A DNA stretch of 64,000 nt from Candidatus Binataceae bacterium (GTDB lineage Bacteria > Desulfobacterota > Binatia > Binatales > Binataceae), in assembly GCA_015478645.1 (NCBI GenBank), contig JADMIL010000003.1, positions 1,543 through 65,542 on the forward strand, read 5' to 3'. Of this stretch, positions 1-9,386 are shown one piece after another. A program made the position numbers and the translations under genes. The notes beneath the pieces are model-generated. The model was not told the origin of the DNA, did no database searches, and was given only the letters and a program-made list of their open reading frames with translations. Every line of letters begins with the position of its first letter. Position 1 is the first letter of the stretch.

Positions 1-52
1 TAACGTAGGCAAGGTGATCCTTTTTCTCGTACTTGATGTACTTCAGATCCAT
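1..52 (-). CDS. crotonase-fold (enoyl-CoA hydratase-like) protein, first 17 codons only; gene continues beyond left edge
   Basis: Reverse strand reads AGAGGAGC, 8 nt, ATG, then MDLKYIKYEKKDHLAYV. This N-terminus is of the kind seen in enoyl-CoA hydratases, but the fragment is too short for certainty. Confidence 0.4.
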   Translation of the reverse strand, partial: MDLKYIKYEKKDHLAYV

Positions 53-242
53 CGAATGCCGCTCCTCTGATCGCCGCTCTCGTGGCCGGCGCCGCAAAAC
101 GTTGTAGGCTACCCCGCGAGGCCCGCTCCGCTTCCATCCGCCGGGCGAAGGGCATGGAAAAGCGACCCGAATCGAGGCCATATTACCGTCGAAGGCTTCG
201 CACAATCGGGCGGTTTTCTCAACTGTCGAGCGCGCACGGGAG

Positions 243-359
243 TTAGTGAACCTCTGCACAAGGCTCCGCTGTCACCCTGAGCGAAGCGCATGGGTCCTCG
301 GATCCGGGATTCTTCGCTGCGCTCAGAATGACAACCTAATTTGTGCAGAGGTTCCTTAG
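243..359 (+). mobile_element. MITE-like palindromic repeat, copy 1 (orientation A)
   Basis: GAACCTCTGCAC ... GGATCC centre ... GTGCAGAGGTTCC. TTAG lies on both flanks (243-246 and 356-359). Near-identical to copies at 30953, 45498 and 46721. Confidence 0.85.
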
Positions 360-598
360 CGGGCCGGCTCCTCGTCGAGCAGCTCGAAGAAGGCGTCGAT
401 ACTCTGCATCAACTGGCGGCGAATCTGGGCCCGCGTGCCTTCGATCAGATGCATCGCGACGCGCCCGGCGGAACCGTCGGCGAGCCGCACCTGGGCGTCG
501 TCGATCGCGGCAACCTCGAGCGGCCCGAACAGTCGCATCCCGTAGATGAGCGCGCTGCGCTGTGCGGCGCCCTTGACCAGTTTGAGTTTACGCGCCAT
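356..598 (-). CDS. hypothetical 80-aa protein
   Basis: GAGGAGG lies 8 nt upstream of the ATG at 598. No family recognised. The stop codon TAA (356-358) lies inside the TTAG flank of repeat copy 1. Confidence 0.6.
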   Translation of the reverse strand: MARKLKLVKGAAQRSALIYGMRLFGPLEVAAIDDAQVRLADGSAGRVAMHLIEGTRAQIRRQLMQSIDAFFELLDEEPAR

Positions 599-805
599 CC
601 GCGAGGCCTCCTCAACTCCGGCCGTGGCCGAAGCCGGCGTTATAGCACAGAGCTTAACTGGTACCGACCGCCGCCAGGCGGGCGGAGTGGCGCGCGAGCG
701 TGGGCCGGCGGGCGTGCGCTAACGTCGCACCGATTGACAGCTTGGCACGCGCCACAGACAATCCGTCGGATGCGGGAACGGTTCGGCAGGCAAGGATTTG
801 CGGCG

Positions 806-1252
806 ATGCGCGCAATTATCGGGTTCGCGGGCGCGATGTGGTTCGTGGGTGCGATCGGATTGGCCGGTGCGACCACGCTGGGCGGATGCGGACTCGTCTA
901 CCAGGCGGGCTCGCGGGTCAAAACCGATCGGATGATAGATAATCTCAAGGCGGGTGAGACGACCAACCAGGTCCACGATAAATGGGGCGAGCCGGATCTG
1001 CGCAAAAACCTAGGCAGCAACTCGGAAATGTGGAGCTATGCGCGGCGCGCCAACAGCAACGATATTACTGCTACGTTGCTCTATACCTCGACTAAAGCCG
1101 GTGACAAGGGCAAATTCCTCGACCTGACTTTTCTCGGTGGAAAGCTGGTAGGATGGACCGAGGCGACCCATACGATGCCGGCTAAACAGGGTTCGGGCTT
1201 CAGCTACGGATTCGGTCCGGGCGGCGCCGTGGCACCGATTAGTCACTATTAG
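806..1252 (+). CDS. small lipoprotein, possibly BamE/SmpA-OmlA-like
   Basis: AAGGA lies 9 nt upstream of ATG 806. Signal peptide MRAIIGFAGAMWFVGAIGLAGATTLGG-C carries a lipobox. The family assignment of the mature part is weak. An alternative in-frame ATG is at 770. Confidence 0.65.
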   Translation: MRAIIGFAGAMWFVGAIGLAGATTLGGCGLVYQAGSRVKTDRMIDNLKAGETTNQVHDKWGEPDLRKNLGSNSEMWSYARRANSNDITATLLYTSTKAGDKGKFLDLTFLGGKLVGWTEATHTMPAKQGSGFSYGFGPGGAVAPISHY

Positions 1253-1312
1253 GCGGTGACCGGAGCGATACGGGCCCAACGACTTCTTGCAACTGCTGCG
1301 TCTCATCGTATC

Positions 1313-1324
1313 TAATTATAATTA
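1313..1324. promoter_or_regulatory. candidate promoter/operator: perfect AT palindrome TAATTATAATTA containing TATAAT, about 100 nt upstream of gspE
   Basis: A 12-bp perfect palindrome in an otherwise GC-rich intergenic region. TATAAT is at 1317-1322. There is no well-spaced -35 (TTGCAA at 1287-1292 is 24 nt away). Confidence 0.3.
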
Positions 1325-1421
1325 CCATTGCGGAGATGCGTGCGGATGCGGCGGGTGCGGCTAATAAATCTCATGACAGCGGATCAAAGCGGCGCGCATA
1401 CGGCCTCGTGACGGTATTTTA

Positions 1422-3137
<1,716 letters not shown>

Positions 3138-3173
3138 CGTCGGGGACTCCGGCGCCCGCCCTCGGTCATCGCA

Positions 3174-4397
3174 ATGCCGGTATTTGCCTATCGTGGATTA
3201 GCCGCCAACGGCCGCTCGGTGGCCGGGTCGATCGACGCCGACAACGCGCGCAACGCGCGCGGCAAACTGCGCGAACTGGGCATCTTTCCGACCGATCTCG
3301 GCGAGGAGGCGGCGGAAATCCGCAAGCGTTCGCTCAACGACCTGATGCCGACGCTCGGGCGCCGGATTCCGGCCACCGAACTCGCCCTGCTGACCCGCCA
3401 ATTGGGCACCCTGCTCGGCGCGGGCGTGCAACTGACCGAGGCCCTGGCCGTGCTCGGCGACCAGGCGGCGCGGCCGGCGGTCAAGAAAATCTTCTCGCAG
3501 GTGCGCGAGGCGGTGCGCGAGGGATCGTCACTGGCCGACGCGCTCGCCGGCCATCCGGAGATCTTCTCCGACCTCTACGTCGGCATGGTGCGCGCGGGCG
3601 AGACCGCCGGGGCGCTCGAGGCGGTGCTCGATCGGCTGGCCGAATTCAGCGAGCGCCAGGCCGAGTTCGTCGCCAAGGTGCGCGGCGCGCTGACCTATCC
3701 ATTGATCATGATGTGCCTGGCTGCCGGGATCATGGGCTTCCTGGTGGTCTATGTGGTGCCGCAGATCTCGACGATTTTCGAGCAGCAGCACGCGGCGCTG
3801 CCGACCATGACGCGGCTGCTGATCGCGGTCTCGAATTTCCTCATCAACTACTGGATCGAGCTGGTGCTCCTGGTGGTCGCGATAATCGCGGGAATCGTCG
3901 CCGGGCTCTCGAGCGCGCGCGGCCGGCGCCTGTACGACAAATGGCTGCTGCGGGTGCCCTATATCGGTCCGACCGTCGTGCGGATTATCTGCGCGCGCTT
4001 CGCCCGCACGCTCGCGACCTTGCTGATCAGCGGCGTGCAATTGCTGCCCGCGCTGACCGCGGTGCGCCGCGTCGTCACCAACGGCCTGCTGGCCGACGCG
4101 GTCGACGAGAGCCGCGAGAGTATCCGCGAGGGCCACGGCATGGGCCAGACGCTGGCCCGCGCCGGGGTCTTTCCGCCGCTGCTGATCGAAATGATCAAGG
4201 TGGGCGAACGTTCCGGGGAACTCGAGCGGATGCTCGAGCGGGTCGCCGACAACTACGAGGGCGAGGTCGAAACCTCGCTGCGCCAGATGACCACGATCAT
4301 CGAGCCCGTGATGACGATCATGATGGGCGCTGTTATTCTGTTCATGATGCTGGCGGTGCTGCTGCCGATCATGCAGCTCAACCAGCTTGTCCAGTGA
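3174..4397 (+). CDS. gspF: type II secretion system inner-membrane platform protein GspF
   Basis: 407 aa with two GspF-type repeats and three hydrophobic segments. Sits directly after gspE. Confidence 0.95.
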   Translation: MPVFAYRGLAANGRSVAGSIDADNARNARGKLRELGIFPTDLGEEAAEIRKRSLNDLMPTLGRRIPATELALLTRQLGTLLGAGVQLTEALAVLGDQAARPAVKKIFSQVREAVREGSSLADALAGHPEIFSDLYVGMVRAGETAGALEAVLDRLAEFSERQAEFVAKVRGALTYPLIMMCLAAGIMGFLVVYVVPQISTIFEQQHAALPTMTRLLIAVSNFLINYWIELVLLVVAIIAGIVAGLSSARGRRLYDKWLLRVPYIGPTVVRIICARFARTLATLLISGVQLLPALTAVRRVVTNGLLADAVDESRESIREGHGMGQTLARAGVFPPLLIEMIKVGERSGELERMLERVADNYEGEVETSLRQMTTIIEPVMTIMMGAVILFMMLAVLLPIMQLNQLVQ

Positions 4398-4486
4398 ATC
4401 GATTGGCGCCACGTGAATGGACTGGCGCCACGGCCGTCAAATCATACGTCGGACGGGCGGCCGCGGGACGAACAGCGGGACGAACA
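4394..4486 (+). promoter_or_regulatory. gspF-gspG intergenic direct repeats (19-bp x2 and 12-bp x2)
   Basis: GTGAATcGAtTGGCGCCAC (4394-4412) is followed directly by GTGAATgGAcTGGCGCCAC (4413-4431). GCGGGACGAACA occurs at 4463-4474 and 4475-4486. Function is not demonstrated. Confidence 0.3.
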
Positions 4487-4547
4487 CCAATAAACGAACG
4501 TCACCAAGAGAAAAGCATCGGATGAGAAAGCGAGAGGGATGTGCGCG

Positions 4548-4994
4548 ATGACGAAAACGATGCGCGAGCGGCTCGGCGAGAGCGAGCGGGGTTTTACCCT
4601 CATCGAACTGATGGTGGTCATCCTGATCATCGGTCTGCTCGCGACGATCGTGGTGCAGAATCTGCGCGGCGCGACCGACAAGGCCAAGCGCATCAAGGCC
4701 GAGGCCGATATCTCGGCGCTCAAGACCGCGCTCGATCGCTACTATCTCGACAACGGCTCGTATCCGACCAGCGACCAGGGGCTGCCGGCGCTGGTCAGCG
4801 CGCCCACCAACGGCAAAGTTCCTGCCGACTATCCCGACGGCGGCTATATCGAGAAGGTGCCCAACGACCCGTGGAACACGCCCTACTTCTATCAGAGCGA
4901 CGGCAATAGCTACGTGCTCAAGTCGTACGGCGCCGACGGCGTGGAGGGCGGTACCGGCAAAAACGCCGATATCGACGGCAGCAGCAGTTCGTGA
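4548..4994 (+). CDS. gspG: major pseudopilin GspG
   Basis: Prepilin motif ERG-FTLIELMVV, and a C-terminal region typical of GspG (DPWNTPYFY, YVLKSYGADG). GAGAGGGA lies 8 nt upstream of ATG 4548; an alternative ATG is at 4539. Confidence 0.93.
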   Translation: MTKTMRERLGESERGFTLIELMVVILIIGLLATIVVQNLRGATDKAKRIKAEADISALKTALDRYYLDNGSYPTSDQGLPALVSAPTNGKVPADYPDGGYIEKVPNDPWNTPYFYQSDGNSYVLKSYGADGVEGGTGKNADIDGSSSS

Positions 4995-5048
4995 GGCCGC
5001 GGCGGGCGCGGGCGCCTCGCGGCGGGCACGCAATCGAGTGAATTAACC

Positions 5049-5651
5049 GTGTCAGCGCCCGTCGAATCTCTTATGCGCGCGGCCGATTATCGCAATTCGG
5101 GCGCTCGGCGGCGCCCGGCGCCGGGTATCCGTGCGGCCTTCACGCTGCTTGAACTGGCCGTCGTCATCTTCATCATGGGGCTGGTGATGACGCTGGTCAT
5201 GCCCTACTTCGGCAGCGTACAGACCTCGCAGATGCGCAGCGAGGCGCGCCGCCTGGCGAGCCGTGCGAACTATCTCTACGAAGAGGCCGGCGCGCAGAAG
5301 GTGATGCTGCGGCTGAGCTTCGATCTCACCAGGAACGTCTATTACGTCATGCGGCTCGACCCGTTTGCGGTGCAGCCCTCCTTTCAGCCCGAGAGCGGGC
5401 CGGCCGGCGTCCGGGTCTACCTGAGCGATGGTGTGCGGCTGCGCGACGTATGGGTCGAAGGGGTGGGCGTGGTGCGGCGCGGAGTCGTGAGCACGCAGTT
5501 TTATCCGAGCGGATCGGTCGATGCCACGGTGATCCATCTGGTCGATACCCAGGGCGAAGTCTTTACGCTCGCGATCGATCCGTTCAGCGGCCACGTCTCG
5601 ATCCTCAACGGCGACCAGCAGCCGGGCAATCGGCGCATGGCGCTCAATTGA
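5049..5651 (+). CDS. gspH: minor pseudopilin, GspH position
   Basis: N-terminal RAA-FTLLELAVVIFIMGL pseudopilin helix with Glu at +5. Assigned by operon position after gspG. Start is uncertain (GTG 5049 or ATG 5073). Confidence 0.7.
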   Translation: MSAPVESLMRAADYRNSGARRRPAPGIRAAFTLLELAVVIFIMGLVMTLVMPYFGSVQTSQMRSEARRLASRANYLYEEAGAQKVMLRLSFDLTRNVYYVMRLDPFAVQPSFQPESGPAGVRVYLSDGVRLRDVWVEGVGVVRRGVVSTQFYPSGSVDATVIHLVDTQGEVFTLAIDPFSGHVSILNGDQQPGNRRMALN

Positions 5652-6100
5652 AAGCCGCACGGCCGCTGCGCGCCGCGTTCACGCTGCTCGAAGTGATGAT
5701 CGCGCTCGCTTTTATCGGTATCGCGATGGTCGCCCTGCTCGGCCTTCATCAGAACAACCTGCAGGCCGTGATTCGCGCGCAGGACCTGACCAAAGCCTCG
5801 CTGCTCGCGCAGACCATCATGAGCCAGGCCGAAATTGAGCGCTTCCCCCTCGTTGGGACCAGCCACGGTGATTTTTCCGGGCTTTTTCCGAATGAGTTTC
5901 CCAATTTTCGCTGGCAGCGCGTGGTCGAGGATACGCCCGCCTTTCCCGACGTGCGCCAGGTGCAGGTGCGCGTGTTTTACGGCCCCAATGGCGATCAGGT
6001 CTTCGACTTGGTCGAGTTTCTGCATAATCCCAATCCGCCGCCGCTGCCCGGCGATGCCGGCGGCGGCGATGCGGGCACCACCGACGAGCCGCCGCCATGA
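5648..6100 (+). CDS. gspI: minor pseudopilin GspI
   Basis: RAA-FTLLEVMIALAFIG, with a GspI-like core (FRWQRVVED...VRQVQVRVFY). The putative TTG start overlaps the gspH stop (TTGA). The longer ORF from 5450 would overlap gspH by 200 nt. Confidence 0.72.
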   Translation: MKAARPLRAAFTLLEVMIALAFIGIAMVALLGLHQNNLQAVIRAQDLTKASLLAQTIMSQAEIERFPLVGTSHGDFSGLFPNEFPNFRWQRVVEDTPAFPDVRQVQVRVFYGPNGDQVFDLVEFLHNPNPPPLPGDAGGGDAGTTDEPPP

Positions 6101-6867
6101 TCTCGCCGCGTGCGATATATACGCCGCGTACGAGGAATGACGCGCGGGCCATGACGGCGCGGCGCGCACGATGCCACGGCGCGCGCGGCTGCGCGTCGGT
6201 CAAGCGCGGCTTCACGCTGATCGATCGCGGCTTCACGCTGATCGAAATGATGATCGCGATCGTCGTGCTGGGCTTTATCCTGGTGATGCTCGCCGAGTCA
6301 TTCCATGCGGTCGCCGGCAGCAAAGTCCACGCCGAGAACCGTCTCGCGGTCGATCAGGCCGGCCGCACAATCCTGATGCAGATGAGCGACGAATTGCGCG
6401 GCGCCGTGCAGACGCCGTTCATCGCCAGCCGCGTCATCCTGATTGGCGAGGCGCGTATGGCGGGCGGCCACGCGATGGACTCGGTCACGGTCTCGACGCT
6501 CGACCCAGGCCATCGCCGCACCCTCGAAGGTTTCGGTCCCGAAGACACGATTGCCTATTTCACCGCGCCCAACCGCGACCATCCGGGATGGAACCTGCTC
6601 GAACGCACACAGATGAGCAGCCTGCTGACCAACCCGCCAAGCGTCAACAACAGCAATACGGTGATCCTCGCCAACGATCTGCTCGCGCTCCATATCCGTT
6701 ATTCCGACGGCCAGACATTCAGCGAGAGCTGGGATTCGTCGAGCCTGCCGCCCGGTCAGGCGCTGCCGATGCAGGTGACGATCGAACTCGAGCTGGCGGC
6801 GGCCGGCGGCGCGCCGCTCAGCCTGGCGACGGCGGTGTCGCTGCCGATGGCGTTTGCCCAATGGTAG
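6097..6867 (+). CDS. gspJ: minor pseudopilin GspJ
   Basis: KRG-FTLID-RG-FTLIEMMIAIVVLG. Size and position fit GspJ. The ATG overlaps the gspI stop (ATGA); an alternative start is at 6151. Confidence 0.8.
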   Translation: MISPRAIYTPRTRNDARAMTARRARCHGARGCASVKRGFTLIDRGFTLIEMMIAIVVLGFILVMLAESFHAVAGSKVHAENRLAVDQAGRTILMQMSDELRGAVQTPFIASRVILIGEARMAGGHAMDSVTVSTLDPGHRRTLEGFGPEDTIAYFTAPNRDHPGWNLLERTQMSSLLTNPPSVNNSNTVILANDLLALHIRYSDGQTFSESWDSSSLPPGQALPMQVTIELELAAAGGAPLSLATAVSLPMAFAQW

Positions 6868-7871
6868 CCCGCCGGCGCGCGATCGCCGGGCGTATCGCAG
6901 GCTACGCGCGGACGCGAATAGGCCGCTCCGAGCGCGGGGTCGCGATGCTCGCGGCGCTGCTCACGATTTCGCTGATGACCATCCTGGTGGTCGACTTCAC
7001 GACCTCGTCGGCACTCGGCTATCGATCCGCGGCCAACCAGGCCGACGAGCTCCGCGCACTCTACTTGGCGCGGTCGGGCATCGCGGCCGGCATGGCGCTG
7101 CTCGAGCGCGACGCGATCGCCGACGCGCTCAACAACGCGCCCGGCCATCAGCCGTACGACGCGCTCACCGATGTCTGGGCCGTGCCGCTTCCACCAGTGC
7201 CGGTCGGCGGCGGCATGGTCTCGCTCGTGATCGTGGACGAAAGCCGCAAGCTCAGTATCAACCGCATCTACAACCTGCGCACCGGGCAGGTCGACACCAA
7301 CTATGTGCAGGTTATCGCGCGGCTGCTCGAAAGTATCGGCGTCACGACCGACCTGATTCCGGTGCTGGTCGACTGGCTCGACCCCGACAGCATCGAGTCG
7401 CCGGGCGGCGCCGAAGCCGATTACTATCTGCAATTGATGCCGCCCTACGAGCCGCGCAACGCGCCGATGCCGACGATCGGCGACCTGCGCGCGTGCAAGG
7501 GGGTCGACGACGCGACCTTCGCCGTGCTGAGCCGCTACCTGTCGACGTCGCCCGAGACCCTCGTCAATCCCAATACGGCGCCGCCCGAGGTGCTGGCGGC
7601 GCTCTCGCCCGAGCTTTCCAACAGTCCCGGGGTGGTCAAGGAGATTATCGCCGCGCGCATGAGTCAGCCGTTCATGACGGTCAACGATTTCGCCAATGTG
7701 CCGGGCGTGGGACAATTTGCGCAAAAGATCATGCCCCTGTTAACCACGCGCAGTTCTTACTTTACGATAATCGGCGAGGGTGACTTCGCTGGCGCGCGTC
7801 GGCGTGTTTACGCCAGCGTTCGCCGCAATACGAATGGCTCGGTAATGCTGCTAAGCTGGCACGAGGATTAG
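6861..7871 (+). CDS. gspK: minor pseudopilin GspK
   Basis: RGVAMLAALLTISLMTILVV N-terminus without Glu+5. 336 aa, with a C-terminal helix-hairpin-helix-like region. The ATG overlaps the gspJ stop. Confidence 0.85.
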   Translation: MVARRRAIAGRIAGYARTRIGRSERGVAMLAALLTISLMTILVVDFTTSSALGYRSAANQADELRALYLARSGIAAGMALLERDAIADALNNAPGHQPYDALTDVWAVPLPPVPVGGGMVSLVIVDESRKLSINRIYNLRTGQVDTNYVQVIARLLESIGVTTDLIPVLVDWLDPDSIESPGGAEADYYLQLMPPYEPRNAPMPTIGDLRACKGVDDATFAVLSRYLSTSPETLVNPNTAPPEVLAALSPELSNSPGVVKEIIAARMSQPFMTVNDFANVPGVGQFAQKIMPLLTTRSSYFTIIGEGDFAGARRRVYASVRRNTNGSVMLLSWHED

Positions 7872-7922
7872 GCTCGCGGGCAGCGGCCCGGGGGGACTGG
7901 CGGGGAGGAATCGGGTCCAAGC

Positions 7923-9383
7923 ATGGGTCAGAGAATTCTGGCGCTCGAACTGGCGGGCGATCAGGTGCGCGGCGCGATGGCCGAAAGCACCTGGAACACG
8001 CTCGAACTGGTCGGCGCGTGGCAGCAGCAGCGTGGCGCCGACGAGCCGGACCTCGCGGCCGCGATCGCGCGGCTGGTCGTCGTCGCGGGGCAGCCCGATT
8101 TGGTGGTCTCGGCGCTGCCCGGCGAATACGTCGCCAAGCGCCTGCTCGCCCTGCCCTTTCGCGATCGCCGCCGCCTGCAGCAGGTGGTGCCGTTCGCCCT
8201 CGAAGAGCATCTGCCCTTTCCGGTCGACGACGCGGCCGTGGCCTTTGCGCGGGTCGGACGCGACGACGACAAAACCCTGGTGATCGCCGCCTTTGCGCGC
8301 AAGCGCGACCTCGTCAGCCATCTCGAAATGCTCGGGCGGGCCGGCCTCGATCCGCACACCGTCACGCTCGGCGCGCTGGCCCTGGCGGGTCTGCTGGCGC
8401 GCGCCCGCAACGGACACGCCACCGCCCATCTGGTGCTCGATATCGATCACGCGAGCACCTCGATGGTGCTGATCGACGCGAGCGGCACGCCGCGCGCGAT
8501 GCGCACGGTCGGCCAGGGCATCAGTGGACATAACGGCAAGCCGCTGGCCCCGCTGGCGGCGGCGGCGATCGTCGGCGCAGTGCGCCAGACGCTGCTCGCC
8601 CACGGCTCCGAGGGCGAAGCGCCGGAACTGGTCCTGACCGGTCCGGCGGCCGCCACGCCGGCGCTGCGCGAGCAGATTGGCAATGCGCTCGCGGTGCCGA
8701 TTCACGACGTCGACGAGTTCGATTGCAGCTCGTTTTTCACCGGCGATCGGTCGGTCTCGCTGCGCTTTGCGGCGTGCCTGGCGATGCTGTTGGGCGAGGC
8801 GCCTAACAAACCGCTCGAGCTGCTCAATTTCCGCGCCGGCGAATTTGCCTATCACGGCCGCACCGGCGTGACCGCGCCGCTGCGCCTGTCGGCCGCCCTG
8901 GCGGCCACCGCGGTCGGCATGGCGCTGCTCCATTTTATCCTCAGCCTGTCGATTGGCGCCCGGCAATTGCATCTGCTCGACGACCATATCGCGGCGATCG
9001 CGGCGCCCGCCCTGGGCAACGCCGATCCGTCGACGGCTAAGGCCGCGTTGAATGAAAAAATCCTCGTGATGCGCAAGCGGCTCAACCTGATGGGCGGTAA
9101 TCTCGGCCACGGCTCGCCGCTCGACGTGCTGCTCGATCTATCGCGCGCAGTCCCCGCCGGCCTGCCGATGCAGGTCAACGACCTCACGATCGACGACGGC
9201 GGCCTCAAGATCGAGGGCACGGCGGATTCGTTCGCGACCGTGGACCAGGTCAAAAAGGCGCTCGAACGCGCGGCCGATCTGGGCGTCATCCAGGTCGATC
9301 ACGCGGCGGCCGGCGCCGACCCAAGCAAGATCGAATTTCGCTTGAGCGCCTCGCTCAAGGGGGGCGGCTCGGACGCCGACTAG
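7923..9383 (+). CDS. gspL: GspL (PilM-like cytoplasmic domain, TM segment, PilN-like periplasmic domain)
   Basis: 486 aa. N-terminal actin-like/GspL cytoplasmic domain (ILALELAGDQVRGA...), a single TM segment around LRLSAALAATAVGMALLHFIL, and operon position. Confidence 0.8.
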   Translation: MGQRILALELAGDQVRGAMAESTWNTLELVGAWQQQRGADEPDLAAAIARLVVVAGQPDLVVSALPGEYVAKRLLALPFRDRRRLQQVVPFALEEHLPFPVDDAAVAFARVGRDDDKTLVIAAFARKRDLVSHLEMLGRAGLDPHTVTLGALALAGLLARARNGHATAHLVLDIDHASTSMVLIDASGTPRAMRTVGQGISGHNGKPLAPLAAAAIVGAVRQTLLAHGSEGEAPELVLTGPAAATPALREQIGNALAVPIHDVDEFDCSSFFTGDRSVSLRFAACLAMLLGEAPNKPLELLNFRAGEFAYHGRTGVTAPLRLSAALAATAVGMALLHFILSLSIGARQLHLLDDHIAAIAAPALGNADPSTAKAALNEKILVMRKRLNLMGGNLGHGSPLDVLLDLSRAVPAGLPMQVNDLTIDDGGLKIEGTADSFATVDQVKKALERAADLGVIQVDHAAAGADPSKIEFRLSASLKGGGSDAD

Positions 9384-9386
9384 CCG

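Noticed and set aside
109-291. Small ORFs overlapping the palindromic elements (109-291, 30790-31020, 45566-46462 N-terminus, 46631-46816, 46768-47838 N-terminus), with peptides such as RCAQNDN and HPERSE
   Set aside because: They are created by the repeat sequence itself, occur in both orientations, lack Shine-Dalgarno motifs, and change frame and length between copies. They are treated as non-coding repeat sequence.
4404-4432. TGGCGCC motifs in the gspF-gspG spacer as a sigma-54 (-24 GG / -12 GC) promoter
   Set aside because: Spacing and sequence do not fit TGGCAC-N5-TTGCW; there is no TTGC-like element 4-5 nt after either TGGC. The motifs are better described as a tandem 19-bp repeat.
6171-6860. 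Long N-terminal extension of the GspK frame (566-aa ORF), and the 5450 start of the GspI frame
   Set aside because: The extensions overlap gspJ and gspH almost completely and are Arg/Pro-rich. The pseudopilin-type N-termini begin right at the upstream stop codons (ATG 6861, TTG 5648).
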